From NCBI GenBank assembly GCA_039591795.1, contig JBDHCY010000001.1:10887-74886 (forward strand): a stretch of DNA of 64,000 bases. The letters are read 5' to 3'. Below, one piece after another: positions 46,963 to 57,974 of the stretch (position 1 is the first letter of the stretch; each line of letters opens with the position of its first letter). The stretch comes from Gemmatimonadota bacterium (GTDB taxonomy: Bacteria > Gemmatimonadota > Gemmatimonadetes > Gemmatimonadales > GWC2-71-9). The translations under genes and the position numbers were made by a program. Below the pieces are notes generated by a model. The model saw only the letters and a program-made list of their open reading frames with translations. It had not been told where the DNA came from and did no database searches.

Positions 46963-48426
46963 TCAGCGACCGATCAACCCGAACTCCGCAGCGAGTGACG
47001 TGAGGGCGAAGCCCATGTAGATGGCCGCCGCCGCACCTACCATGATCACGTTGAGCGGTCGCGGCCGCGCTGCACGCGGCAGATGGCGCAGGTTCATCCA
47101 GAGCAAGAGCGGTGTGTAGACCGCCATCGCGAACCCCCCGATGTACGCGGCGTTCAGGACGAACCCCAAATCGGTGATCCCACGGTACTCCATGATCGCC
47201 GTGAGTGCCGTCCCGGAGATGACCACGGCCAAGGCGATCCCCGCGTACCACTGCGCCTGCGTGCCGCGCCGGCCGATGGCAAAGCTCGTACAGACGATGT
47301 CCGCCAGACTCCGCGACAGCCCATCGGTGATGGCGAGCTGCGTGCTGAAGAGCGTCGCGACACCGACGAGGAGAAACGCGAGCCGGCCTGGCGTCCCCAT
47401 CGTGCTCGCCAGCACTTCTGCTTCGTCCCAAATGATCCGGCCGGCCTGGGGCACGATGCCCATGGGTCGAAGCACGGCCAACGCTCCGAAGATGAAGAGA
47501 AGGATGGTGAAGGTATTCAGCAGCCAGAAGTAGAAGGTCTGGTCCAGCACGACGAATCGGAGCCAATCCTTGAACCGACGCTCGTTCTCCTCGCTTGGCG
47601 GGAATCTGTAGCCCGCTCGCGCAGCCGTTTCGGCACGAGATCGGAATGGGTTTACGAGGCTCGGCATGCGCGCGCCCATGCCGATACCTTTGTCGCGCAA
47701 ATAGAATGCGTAGAAGAGATTCGCCGTGCCGCCGGCACCAGCGAAGACGAGGGCACTGAACAGCTCGCGCACCGGCATGGCCGAATCGATGTGACCAATT
47801 CGAGTCGCACCGCGCACCAGCTCGACCACTGTCTCGGCGGTACCAACCCGGAAGGCGATGAACAGAAGGCCGATCACGACGATCACGATCAGCGCGATGA
47901 CGGTGCGTTCGACACCCCGGTAGATGCGACGTGGACCGAATAGGACCGCGGCCACTCCCGCGAAGGTGATCGCCGTCCACACCCAGTCGGGGCTCGGGTG
48001 CGTCGGGCCGAGGAGGAGCGCCTTGAGGGTGAGCCCGGAGGTTCGTGCCCAAGCAGGAAGGAGGTAGCCTGCAACATTGAACAGGATGAACGCGAGGGCA
48101 AAGCCGCGCCATGCGCGACTGAAGCCCGTATACGCGCTCTCGCCCGTGGCGATGACCCAGCGCCCGATCTCGATGTTGACCCACAATTGAAGAAACACAC
48201 CGAGGACGGCCGCCCAGACCATCCCTGCCCCGTACTCGGCAGCGATCCGGGGCCAGATGACGATCTCTCCGGCTCCGATCGACAGCCCCACCAGCACCGC
48301 ACCGGGGCCGGTCATCTTCCAAAACGGCTGCTTGCGCGCCGGAAGGTCCGCGGTACCGGGAGAGGGAACGGGCCCAATCACCTGGTAATGGCGCCGCGAC
48401 GGTCGATCGGTATGATTTGGGTTCAC
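46963..48426 (-). CDS. NRAMP-related membrane transporter
   Basis: 487 aa, polytopic. MTGPGAVLVGLSIGAGEIVIWPRIAAEYG resembles the NRAMP-superfamily N-terminal region. Confidence 0.6.
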   Translation of the reverse strand: MNPNHTDRPSRRHYQVIGPVPSPGTADLPARKQPFWKMTGPGAVLVGLSIGAGEIVIWPRIAAEYGAGMVWAAVLGVFLQLWVNIEIGRWVIATGESAYTGFSRAWRGFALAFILFNVAGYLLPAWARTSGLTLKALLLGPTHPSPDWVWTAITFAGVAAVLFGPRRIYRGVERTVIALIVIVVIGLLFIAFRVGTAETVVELVRGATRIGHIDSAMPVRELFSALVFAGAGGTANLFYAFYLRDKGIGMGARMPSLVNPFRSRAETAARAGYRFPPSEENERRFKDWLRFVVLDQTFYFWLLNTFTILLFIFGALAVLRPMGIVPQAGRIIWDEAEVLASTMGTPGRLAFLLVGVATLFSTQLAITDGLSRSLADIVCTSFAIGRRGTQAQWYAGIALAVVISGTALTAIMEYRGITDLGFVLNAAYIGGFAMAVYTPLLLWMNLRHLPRAARPRPLNVIMVGAAAAIYMGFALTSLAAEFGLIGR

Positions 48427-48441
48427 CGAAGGGGGGTGGGC

Positions 48442-48667
48442 ATGGGCCCAGTCAACCTACTCGAGTTCGAGCCGTTGGCCAGAGAGCGGATGTCGCCGGG
48501 CGCATTCGACGACCTCGCTGGAGGCTCAGCCGACGAGATCACTCTGAAAGAGAACATCGCCGCATTCGCCGCCTCACACACACTCGAGGAGGTGGCGGCC
48601 GCCGCGCCCGGCCCGAAGTGGTTCCAGCGCCATTGCTACCGCGACTGCAGACCCAACCGCCTGCGCC
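48442..48667 (+). pseudogene. remnant of an FMN-dependent alpha-hydroxy-acid dehydrogenase/oxidase gene
   Basis: MGPVNLLEFEPLARERMSPGAFDDLAGGSADEITLKENIAAF is the family N-terminus. It is fused directly to SHTLEEVAAAAPGPKWFQ..YRD, a motif normally about 65 aa further on. Homology then stops at the 3' end of the convergent MaoC gene. Confidence 0.6.
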
Positions 48668-49078
48668 CTAGGGTTCGTCCGGTCGCATGGTGTAGCACCA
48701 GGCTTCACCCTGGAGCACGACGGTCCCGTCCTCGCGCGTGACCTTCACGGCCAACTGAGTGACCGGCTTCGATTCGTGCACGTGCAGCACCTCCACTTCG
48801 CCGCTGATCGTGTCGTCGATGAAGACCGGCGCGATGAAGTTCCAGTTCTGGCTGAGAAAGACCGTCCCCGGCCCGGGAAGATCCATGGCAACCACGGCGT
48901 GCAGCAGCCCGGTGGTGATGCCCCCCTGAGCTACCAGCCGGCGAAACCGCGTGCCGGCGGCGAAGCGCTCGTCGAAATGGAGAGGATTCCGGTCCCCGGT
49001 GAGCTCGGCGAATCGCTCGACGTGATCGGCCGTCACCGTCATCGTGCGAGCTGCCTTGCGTCCGACTCCTACGTCCAT
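48668..49078 (-). CDS. MaoC-like (R)-hydratase hotdog-fold protein
   Basis: Trimmed to MDVGVGRKAART. FAELTGDRNPLHFDERFA is the MaoC dehydratase signature context. Confidence 0.8.
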   Translation of the reverse strand: MDVGVGRKAARTMTVTADHVERFAELTGDRNPLHFDERFAAGTRFRRLVAQGGITTGLLHAVVAMDLPGPGTVFLSQNWNFIAPVFIDDTISGEVEVLHVHESKPVTQLAVKVTREDGTVVLQGEAWCYTMRPDEP

Positions 49079-49192
49079 TGACAGCCTCCTCGCCTCGCGA
49101 CGACAGGCTCGATGGTAGGAACTGATGTCATGCCGCGGCGCCGGCACGGCCACGATAGGCCCGGGAGCACCGGTCTGCCACGTGCGCCGGAG

Positions 49193-50047
49193 TCACCCTC
49201 CCTCGGCAAGAGCGCACCAGAATTCCTCTCGCGTACCCACGGTGCCCAGCGCCTCCGCGCAGGGGAGCGGATTGGGATAGAGCGCCTGCGCCGCCGCCAG
49301 CCAGCTTGCCTCGATCTCTGGCACCGAGAGCGTGAGGAGAGTCTCCGGATCTTCACCGTTGTAGAGGCGGAACCACACATCCCGGCCGTAGTCCTCGAAG
49401 ACCCACCGCGTGAACGAGCCACCCTGGACGTAGAGCTGCCACGCCGATGCGTCGGCGGAGGATCCGCTCGGTTCGAATCGTACGTTGCGAGCACTGTACA
49501 CCACGTCGAACGAGATCACCGTTCCATGCTGCCCAAAGAGTGACATCCAGGCATGGGGAACCTGGCCTCGATACGGCTCGACGGTGCGTGACTCCGGAAC
49601 GAGGAGCTCGGTCGCGTACACGGCAAGCCCCTCCTCCAGAAACTCGCTCGATCCGTAGCCCGTGAGAAGGTGGACGAGGAGGTGCACGTTGTAGTCGAGC
49701 ACGAGATTCTCGACGAATTGTGTGATCTCGGGCTCGCCGAGCGTGGCGCTGGGAAGGCTCCACCCTGGCAAGATTCTGACTGTGACTGTGTCCGGCGCTG
49801 GGAAGCCGGGCAGGAATGTCGTCACGGCGAGGTAATCTGCTTCGAGCCTCGCGAGCATCGAGTCGACGAGCGCGGTGTCGAGACCGACGAAATCCATCAC
49901 CACGAAGTGTGCCGAGGAATACTGCGCGGTCGCCGGGGGTGTCGTTGGCGTCGTGACGACGTCCTCGCCGCAGGCACCGACGACCGCGGCGCCGACGAGC
50001 ACCCACCGCCAACTGACTCGCCTTCGTTGCGCCGGGGTGCAGATCAC
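49193..50047 (-). CDS. lipoprotein of unknown function, translationally coupled to nosY
   Basis: GTG 50047 overlaps the nosY stop (GTGA) and gives (M)ICTPAQRRRVSWRWVLVGAAVVGAC, a lipobox signal. Contains HLLVHLL (an HExxH-like motif lacking Glu) and a C-terminal Cys pair. Not recognisably NosL. Confidence 0.6.
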   Translation of the reverse strand: MICTPAQRRRVSWRWVLVGAAVVGACGEDVVTTPTTPPATAQYSSAHFVVMDFVGLDTALVDSMLARLEADYLAVTTFLPGFPAPDTVTVRILPGWSLPSATLGEPEITQFVENLVLDYNVHLLVHLLTGYGSSEFLEEGLAVYATELLVPESRTVEPYRGQVPHAWMSLFGQHGTVISFDVVYSARNVRFEPSGSSADASAWQLYVQGGSFTRWVFEDYGRDVWFRLYNGEDPETLLTLSVPEIEASWLAAAQALYPNPLPCAEALGTVGTREEFWCALAEGG

Positions 50048-50862
50048 GCCTGCGTCCTTCGGAAGAGCCACCATCCCATGAGGGTCGCGCCGAGTGTCCA
50101 TGCCATGAGGCTTGCCGCCGCGAGCAGCGCTGCTCCCGTCGTCCCCAGCTGTGCGACGACCGCAGCGCCGATCGGGCCGAGGAGACTCAGGTCGGGATCG
50201 ATGGCGCACATCACTCCGAGTCGGAACGCCTCGATCGGATTCACGAACGTCCAGATCACGAGCGTCGACTCAGGAACGCCGAACCGGATGAACGCAACGA
50301 TCAAACCCAGGGTCCCAAAGACGACGAGCACCAGCCATCCGACGATACCGATCGTCGTGGCGCGCGCGCGTGACGGTGCGGCCGCGGAGACCGCGAGACC
50401 CAGTGCGACGAACACGAGCGCGAGGAGCACCACGAACCCGAACAGCGTCGCCACGAGACCTGCTGGCACGCCTCGGAGGACGGCTACAGCACCGGCGGCA
50501 CCGAATCCGACGGTCAGCGAGAGGAGCATGGCGGCCGCCACGCCACCGAGCTTGCCCGCGTACACCTGTCCCGCCGAGACGGGTTGAGCGAGGAAATACT
50601 CGAGCGCGCCATTCTCACGATCCCCGGCAATCACCGCTGCCGCGGGAATGAGCGCCATCAGGGGCACGAAGAGAAGCGCCAAGTGAACGAGCCCCGTGAA
50701 CGCCTTGGCGAAGCCACGGTAGCCGCCGATGGCGTCGCCCGCTCCGAACGCCGACAGGAGGAGCCCTCCACCCAAGAAAATGAAGAGGTTCGCGACGAAC
50801 CAGCGAGCCTCCAGAGCCACACTGAGCTCGCGTCGGATCCAGATCGCGACGCCGGCGATCAC
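50044..50862 (-). CDS. nosY: ABC-2 type permease, NosY
   Basis: 272 aa, six TM segments. The start overlaps the nosF stop. Its position in the nosDFY order supports the call. Confidence 0.75.
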   Translation of the reverse strand: MIAGVAIWIRRELSVALEARWFVANLFIFLGGGLLLSAFGAGDAIGGYRGFAKAFTGLVHLALLFVPLMALIPAAAVIAGDRENGALEYFLAQPVSAGQVYAGKLGGVAAAMLLSLTVGFGAAGAVAVLRGVPAGLVATLFGFVVLLALVFVALGLAVSAAAPSRARATTIGIVGWLVLVVFGTLGLIVAFIRFGVPESTLVIWTFVNPIEAFRLGVMCAIDPDLSLLGPIGAAVVAQLGTTGAALLAAASLMAWTLGATLMGWWLFRRTQA

Positions 50863-51776
50863 GCCTCTGCCTCACTGCGCGCACCGAGCGCGCCTTCCAG
50901 GAGCTCGTGCAGCGACGGGGCCTCGGTCCAGAACTCCTCGATGGAGATCCCGGCCCGCCTGAGCTCGTGGAGGACCTCCCCGAGCACGGCCGCGTCCCCG
51001 CGGATGCCGACTGCCGTTCCATTGGCGCGCACGGCGTCGGCTCCGAACTGGGATCGGAGCCGTTCGTCCGCGCTGGCTCGCTGGGCTGGCGTCACGCGCA
51101 CCCAGAGGGTGGCCTCCGCTCCGATTCGTCGCTTCAAGGTCGGAAGCGAGCCATCAAACATGACGTGTCCGTCGTGGAGCACGACGAGTCGGTCGGCGAC
51201 CGCTTCGACGTCCATCAGCCGGTGCGAAGCCAGCAGCACCGTCGTTGTCCGGTCTACCTCGCTGAGAACCCGCAGAAACTCGCGCCGTGCCCGGGGGTCG
51301 AGGTTTGCCGTTGGCTCATCGAGCAGGAGGAGAGGCACGTCGTCGCCGAGGGCGAGCGCCAACAGCACCTTTTGCAGCATGCCACCCGAAAGCGCTTGCA
51401 GTGGCTTCGCCCCGTGCTCGTCGAGGGGAAGGCCGAACTGCTCCAGCCGCGCTGCCGCCACATCCCGGCTCGCGCCGCGGAGCGTGGTGAAGAACGCCAC
51501 CACATCGGCGAGCGAGCCTTCGAACTGGGGCGCGCGCTGGGGAACGTATCCGAGCCGGGCACGTGCCTCTCGTCCGGCACTCCGTACGTCCACGCCAGCC
51601 ACTTCGAGCTCACCCTCGAACGGAATCAGCCCCAGGAAGCACCGAATGAGCGTCGTCTTGCCCGCACCGTTCAAGCCGAGGATGGCTAGGCGCTCGCCGG
51701 CCTGCACGGTGAGGTCGATGTCGGCAAGCACCGGATGCTTCCCGAACGCCTTGCTGAGAGACCGCGCGAGAATCAT
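50859..51776 (-). CDS. nosF: ABC transporter ATPase, NosF
   Basis: Walker A GLNGAGKTT, signature LSGGMLQK and Walker B LLLLDEP. The start overlaps the nosD stop (ATGA). Confidence 0.85.
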   Translation of the reverse strand: MILARSLSKAFGKHPVLADIDLTVQAGERLAILGLNGAGKTTLIRCFLGLIPFEGELEVAGVDVRSAGREARARLGYVPQRAPQFEGSLADVVAFFTTLRGASRDVAAARLEQFGLPLDEHGAKPLQALSGGMLQKVLLALALGDDVPLLLLDEPTANLDPRARREFLRVLSEVDRTTTVLLASHRLMDVEAVADRLVVLHDGHVMFDGSLPTLKRRIGAEATLWVRVTPAQRASADERLRSQFGADAVRANGTAVGIRGDAAVLGEVLHELRRAGISIEEFWTEAPSLHELLEGALGARSEAEA

Positions 51777-53107
51777 CGAGCCGAGCGGAAGGGACGGCGG
51801 AGACGGGGGAGTGTGGCGGCTGCCAGCGCGGCCGCGACGAGAAATCCCACCGCCGCTAGGGGTGAGGGCCGCGGCGGCGGAGCCACGGTCGGCACGGCGG
51901 CCGCGCGCAGGAGGGGTGTCGAATCGGCAACGAGCGGCTCCGGGTTGAGAAGCGGGAAGGCCCGGCCAAGCAGGTCAACAACGGTCATCGCGAGGCCGCC
52001 ATCGAAGAGCCGCAACGCCTCATGCTTGGCGAGCAGATCGTCAGAGAGCCGCTCGAACACGAACGGCGTGTCGCCCACCCCATCACCGTCGCGGTCGAAG
52101 CCGGCGTACTCCGACCATCGGTTCCCCGACCATCGATTGGCTAGAGCCGTCCCACCGCCGGTCACCGCCACTGGCTGCACGTTGTGCAGGAACTGATTCT
52201 GCTCAAACACGTTGTTCTGCACCGATGGAAGTGCGACTACCCCGACGTCGTTGAACGCGATCACGTTGCCGCGAAATCGATTCGTCACGCCTCGAGTGCT
52301 TGGTGAGTTGTCGATCGAGATACCGATCGTGTTCTTGACGAGCACGTTCGCTTCGGCGACCACCCGGTCGGCGTCTTTGAAGCCGAGACCACGTCCTGTG
52401 GTACCCCGTGCGTGGGCGAAGACGTTCCCACGGAAGACGATGTCGGTCGAGTACATGATGAACGCGCCGACGTGATTGCCGACGAACGTATTGCCCGTGA
52501 ACTCGTTGTGGTGGCTGTACATGTAGTGGAGCCCGTACCGCCCGTCGATCACTTCGTTGTCTCGCACGCCCGTCCGATCCGAGAACCAGATCACGACGTC
52601 GCGGGTCCGCTCGACGCGATTGCCGGTGATGGAGCCCCCGTGACTGTACCACAGGCGAATCCCGTCGCCCCGAAGGGGAGCTGCCAGGTCTTTCCCCACC
52701 ATGACGTTGTTGCGGATCACCGGCGCCTGACTCTCCTTCACGTAGACGCCGAAGAGTACGTCCTCGAAACGGTTGCCTTCGACCACGAGGCCGTGTGCCT
52801 CGGAGGCGAGAATGCCACTGTCCTCCCGTGACTGATCACGACCTGAAGACCGAATGGTGAACCCGCGGACCGTCGCCCGCGCCTCGATGGTGAGCACCGT
52901 GCCCTCGCCGCTTCCGTCGAGTATCGCTCCGGGCTCGCCCACGAGGGTGACCGGCTCGCGAATGATGAGATGCTCGCGGTACACCCCTGGTGCTACGAGG
53001 ATCGTGTCGCCGGCCCCGGCGGCCTCGAGGGCGGCTGTCACTGAAGGGAAACCAGCAGGTCCGACAGTGAGGACGGCGGCCTGGAAAAGGACGGCGAGTG
53101 ACGTCAC
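51773..53107 (-). CDS. nosD: periplasmic copper-insertion accessory protein NosD (parallel beta-helix)
   Basis: GTG 53107 overlaps the nosB-like stop (GTGA). Repeated beta-helix turns (GNRFEDVLFGVYV, NNVMVG, GNRVERTRD, GNTFVGNHVGAFIMYS, GNVFAH, GNVIAFNDVG). Confidence 0.85.
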   Translation of the reverse strand: MTSLAVLFQAAVLTVGPAGFPSVTAALEAAGAGDTILVAPGVYREHLIIREPVTLVGEPGAILDGSGEGTVLTIEARATVRGFTIRSSGRDQSREDSGILASEAHGLVVEGNRFEDVLFGVYVKESQAPVIRNNVMVGKDLAAPLRGDGIRLWYSHGGSITGNRVERTRDVVIWFSDRTGVRDNEVIDGRYGLHYMYSHHNEFTGNTFVGNHVGAFIMYSTDIVFRGNVFAHARGTTGRGLGFKDADRVVAEANVLVKNTIGISIDNSPSTRGVTNRFRGNVIAFNDVGVVALPSVQNNVFEQNQFLHNVQPVAVTGGGTALANRWSGNRWSEYAGFDRDGDGVGDTPFVFERLSDDLLAKHEALRLFDGGLAMTVVDLLGRAFPLLNPEPLVADSTPLLRAAAVPTVAPPPRPSPLAAVGFLVAAALAAATLPRLRRPFRSAR

Positions 53108-53709
53108 GCCTTGGGCGATCTCCGGAAGCGGCGCCACTCGACGAGAGCGATCACGGGCCCGAGCATGCCGGCCACTCCCATCAAGATCGCACCGGATGCC
53201 GGCCAGCTGGATACGGAGAACTGACCGACCTGCGTCGTGCCGATGAACTTCGGAGTGAATGCGTCGATGCGGAGCGGCGCGTCCGGGGCAAGGTTCTGCC
53301 CATACTCGAACAACCAGTGCTGGAACGTATAGAGCATGACCACGCCGAACAGTACGAAATCCATCCACCCGAGCGCAGCGATCGGCATCCGGGCGACCAA
53401 CACAGTGAGCATAGCGAAACCGACGAACCGCAGGATGAAGAACGGAATGAAGCGGAACTCGGGGAATTCGGCGGCGTCGATTTGGTGCATCCCGATGTAG
53501 TGGTTCAGGATGTTGATCTCTCGCACGTCGCCCCGCACGGTGGTCGGATAGATCTGCATCTCCAAGCCGTCCGGGTACTGGGGAGCGTGGAGCTGGATCT
53601 TCCACGTGGGAAGGAAGATGCACGGCACCATCGCGAGGGCCGCCGCGAGGAGCAGGGCTCGGCCGCTGAGGGACAGTTGGCCCTGGAAGAAATCCGTCAG
53701 GTTTTTCAT
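53104..53709 (-). CDS. nosB: four-TM membrane protein, NosB-like (clade II nos clusters)
   Basis: 201 aa, sitting directly between nosZ and nosD as in clade II clusters. Hydrophobic segments plus a periplasmic loop HAPQYPDGLEMQIYP. Assignment is by position and topology. Confidence 0.6.
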   Translation of the reverse strand: MKNLTDFFQGQLSLSGRALLLAAALAMVPCIFLPTWKIQLHAPQYPDGLEMQIYPTTVRGDVREINILNHYIGMHQIDAAEFPEFRFIPFFILRFVGFAMLTVLVARMPIAALGWMDFVLFGVVMLYTFQHWLFEYGQNLAPDAPLRIDAFTPKFIGTTQVGQFSVSSWPASGAILMGVAGMLGPVIALVEWRRFRRSPKA

Positions 53710-53796
53710 TGGCTGGCTCGAAAGGTGGCGACGATGGTGGCGTGCGGGGAACCCCCGGCGCGCGCCTTCCCGCGCGCCGGGGCATCACCCGCCTCG

Positions 53797-55755
<1,959 letters not shown>

Positions 55756-55825
55756 GGAAACGCTCCGTGTAAAACGCTCATCGAACGAAGAACCGCCACC
55801 ACGCGACGCCGGTGGGGCGGCTGTC

Positions 55826-56284
55826 TCACTGCGACTCGCGCCGCAGGTACTCGTATAGCGCTCGCGCATCGTCGACGCTGACCCCCATGTTCGCCATCGG
55901 AGTCGCATACTCGGCGAGGAGCGCTCGCGCGGTCGAATCAGTCCTGAGCATCGAATCGGGGTTGCTGATCATCGCAATCATCCATTCGTACGACCGCCGC
56001 TCCGTCACCCCCTGGAGATCGGGACCGGTCAGTCTCTCACCGATCTTGTGGCAGCCCACGCAGGCCTTCGTCTGGAAGAGCTCCGCCCCCTGGTCGGCGA
56101 GGGCGGCGTCGATCGGGCCACTCGGTGCCGGGGACGCCGCAGGCGCTGCAGCAGCCGGCTCCGGCGGAGGCTCTGCACGCTGATCCGCCGCCGGCTGCTC
56201 GCCTGCACATGCGTGCATGCCAGTCAATACCAAAGCGGTCGCAAGACCACGATTCATGAATCGCTCCATGTCATTGCGCTGCAC
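55826..56284 (-). CDS. c-type cytochrome (monoheme)
   Basis: Signal/lipoprotein-like N-terminus (LVLTGMHAC), heme-binding CVGCH, and a distal Met region (ANMGV). Immediately upstream of nosZ. Confidence 0.8.
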   Translation of the reverse strand: MQRNDMERFMNRGLATALVLTGMHACAGEQPAADQRAEPPPEPAAAAPAASPAPSGPIDAALADQGAELFQTKACVGCHKIGERLTGPDLQGVTERRSYEWMIAMISNPDSMLRTDSTARALLAEYATPMANMGVSVDDARALYEYLRRESQ

Positions 56285-56327
56285 TTGTCACCCCCTGTGC
56301 GCGACCCGGGGCGGCGTGGCAAGGCCA

Positions 56328-56371
56328 TTGCGCCAGCCCCAACGAAAACGATATAATCATGAAGTTATCGT
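56328..56371 (+). promoter_or_regulatory. candidate sigma-70-type promoter with overlapping inverted repeat upstream of the Rrf2 gene
   Basis: TTGCGC (56328-56333), N18, then TATAAT (56352-56357). Inverted repeat ACGATA (56348-56353)/TATCGT (56366-56371) with a 12-nt spacer. Sits in the only AT-rich patch of the nos/rrf2 divergent region. Confidence 0.3.
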
Positions 56372-56435
56372 GAAAATTGCCCGAGCAAACGTGAAGGTAG
56401 AGACAAATGCCGCGCTCGCAAACACTAAGGGATCG

Positions 56436-56852
56436 ATGCTATCGGGTACCGCTGAATACGCGCTGAGGGCCGTCGTCCACATCGCCAGAACCCCCGGCGA
56501 GCGGCCCATCACCGCCAAGGAGCTGTCGCGAGCGGTAGGGGTCCCGCGCAACTACCTGGGCAAGGTACTGCACGAGCTGGTTCGAGCCGGGGTGCTCCGC
56601 TCCACGCGAGGCAAGCTTGGCGGTTTCCGCCTCGCCCTCCCGCCCGGTGAGCTGTCACTCGTGCAGATCGTCTCGCTGTTCGACCCGATCGGCGAGCGAC
56701 GGCGGTGTCTGCTCGGCAGGCCGGAATGCAGTGAGGTCAATCCATGCCCCATGCACCATCGCTGGAAGGAAGTCGCCGAGCAGATCTCTCGCTTTTTCAG
56801 TGAGACGACGCTCGCCGACGTGCTTGCGAACGGCTCGCTCTCCCCCGGGTAG
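56436..56852 (+). CDS. Rrf2 family transcriptional regulator (Fe-S type, NsrR/IscR-like)
   Basis: ATG 56436. MLSGTAEYALRAVVHIA wHTH N-terminus. Cys cluster C-x6-C-x5-C (RRRCLLGRPECSEVNPCPMHH). Confidence 0.85.
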   Translation: MLSGTAEYALRAVVHIARTPGERPITAKELSRAVGVPRNYLGKVLHELVRAGVLRSTRGKLGGFRLALPPGELSLVQIVSLFDPIGERRRCLLGRPECSEVNPCPMHHRWKEVAEQISRFFSETTLADVLANGSLSPG

Positions 56853-56968
56853 GGTCGGCCCCCGAGACACGTCACCTTGCTTCAACCCTCGCTAGAGGGT
56901 CATTCTCCCCGGAGTGCCCGGCGCGCCCGCAGTCGTGCGCTAGCTCTTTCCACCACGCGAGTGGACCC

Positions 56969-57967
56969 ATGCGCTGGACTCGAATCGCAGGAGTTGGCCG
57001 CCACGTGCCCGAGCGAGTCGTGACCAATCACGACCTCGAGGCGCTGATGGACACGACCGATGCGTGGATCCAAGAACGCACCGGCATCAAACAGAGGCAC
57101 TTCGCCGAGCCTGGGACTGGTTCCGCCGACCTCGGTGCAGCGGCGGCTCGAGCTGCCCTCGTCGATGCTGGTTGGGAGGTGGGGGACGTCCAGTTCATCG
57201 TCTTTGCCACGCTCTCCCCAGACATGTTCTTCCCCGGCAGCGGTGTGTTGCTCCAGCGAGAACTGGGTCTCGACGGGATCGGCGCGCTCGACGTGCGCAA
57301 CCAGTGCACGGGCTTCATTTACGGACTCGCTGCCGCGGACGCGATGATCCGAGTCGGGATGTATGACCGCATGCTCCTCATCGGTGCAGAGGTGCACTCG
57401 GCTGGCCTGCGCATGGATACGAAAGGCCGAGACACCGCGGTCCTGTTTGGTGACGGCGCCGGTGCGGTCTGCCTCGAAGCCACCGACGCCACCGACGGCA
57501 GCCGTCTGATCCGGCACAGGCTGCATGCCGATGGGCGGCACGCGGAGCAACTCTGTCTGGTGGCGCCCGGTTGCCGGCACCGTCCGTTCATTACGAAGGA
57601 GATGATCGACGAAGGGCTCACCGTGCCGCACATGAACGGCCGCGAGGTCTTCCGCAACGCCGTGACGCGGTTCCCCGAAGTGATCATGGAAGTGCTCACG
57701 GCAGAGGGTATCGAAAAGGAGGACCTCGACGTCGTGATCCCACACCAAGCGAACCTCCGCATCACCGAGGCCGTACGTCAACGCGCCGGCCTCCCCGAGG
57801 AGAAGGTGGTGAGCAACATCGAGCGCTATGGCAACACGACCGCAGCCAGCATACCGATTGCCATGAGCGAGGCGGTCGAAGATGGTCGCGTGCACCGTGG
57901 GAGTCTCGTCTGCCTCGCGGCGTTCGGGTCGGGGTTCACGTGGGGAGCTTCCCTTTTGCGGTACTGA
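56969..57967 (+). CDS. fabH: beta-ketoacyl-ACP synthase III
   Basis: 332 aa. Catalytic triad contexts [10 protein letters not shown] (Cys), IPHQANLRI (His) and [12 protein letters not shown] (Asn). Confidence 0.9.
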   Translation: MRWTRIAGVGRHVPERVVTNHDLEALMDTTDAWIQERTGIKQRHFAEPGTGSADLGAAAARAALVDAGWEVGDVQFIVFATLSPDMFFPGSGVLLQRELGLDGIGALDVRNQCTGFIYGLAAADAMIRVGMYDRMLLIGAEVHSAGLRMDTKGRDTAVLFGDGAGAVCLEATDATDGSRLIRHRLHADGRHAEQLCLVAPGCRHRPFITKEMIDEGLTVPHMNGREVFRNAVTRFPEVIMEVLTAEGIEKEDLDVVIPHQANLRITEAVRQRAGLPEEKVVSNIERYGNTTAASIPIAMSEAVEDGRVHRGSLVCLAAFGSGFTWGASLLRY

Positions 57968-57974
57968 GCGCACC

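Noticed and set aside
46808-48322. 504-aa minus-strand alternate frame, and 47083-47943 plus, overlapping the NRAMP-related transporter.
   Set aside because: Arg/His/Gly-rich shadow frames. The 46963-48426 frame gives regular TM helices.
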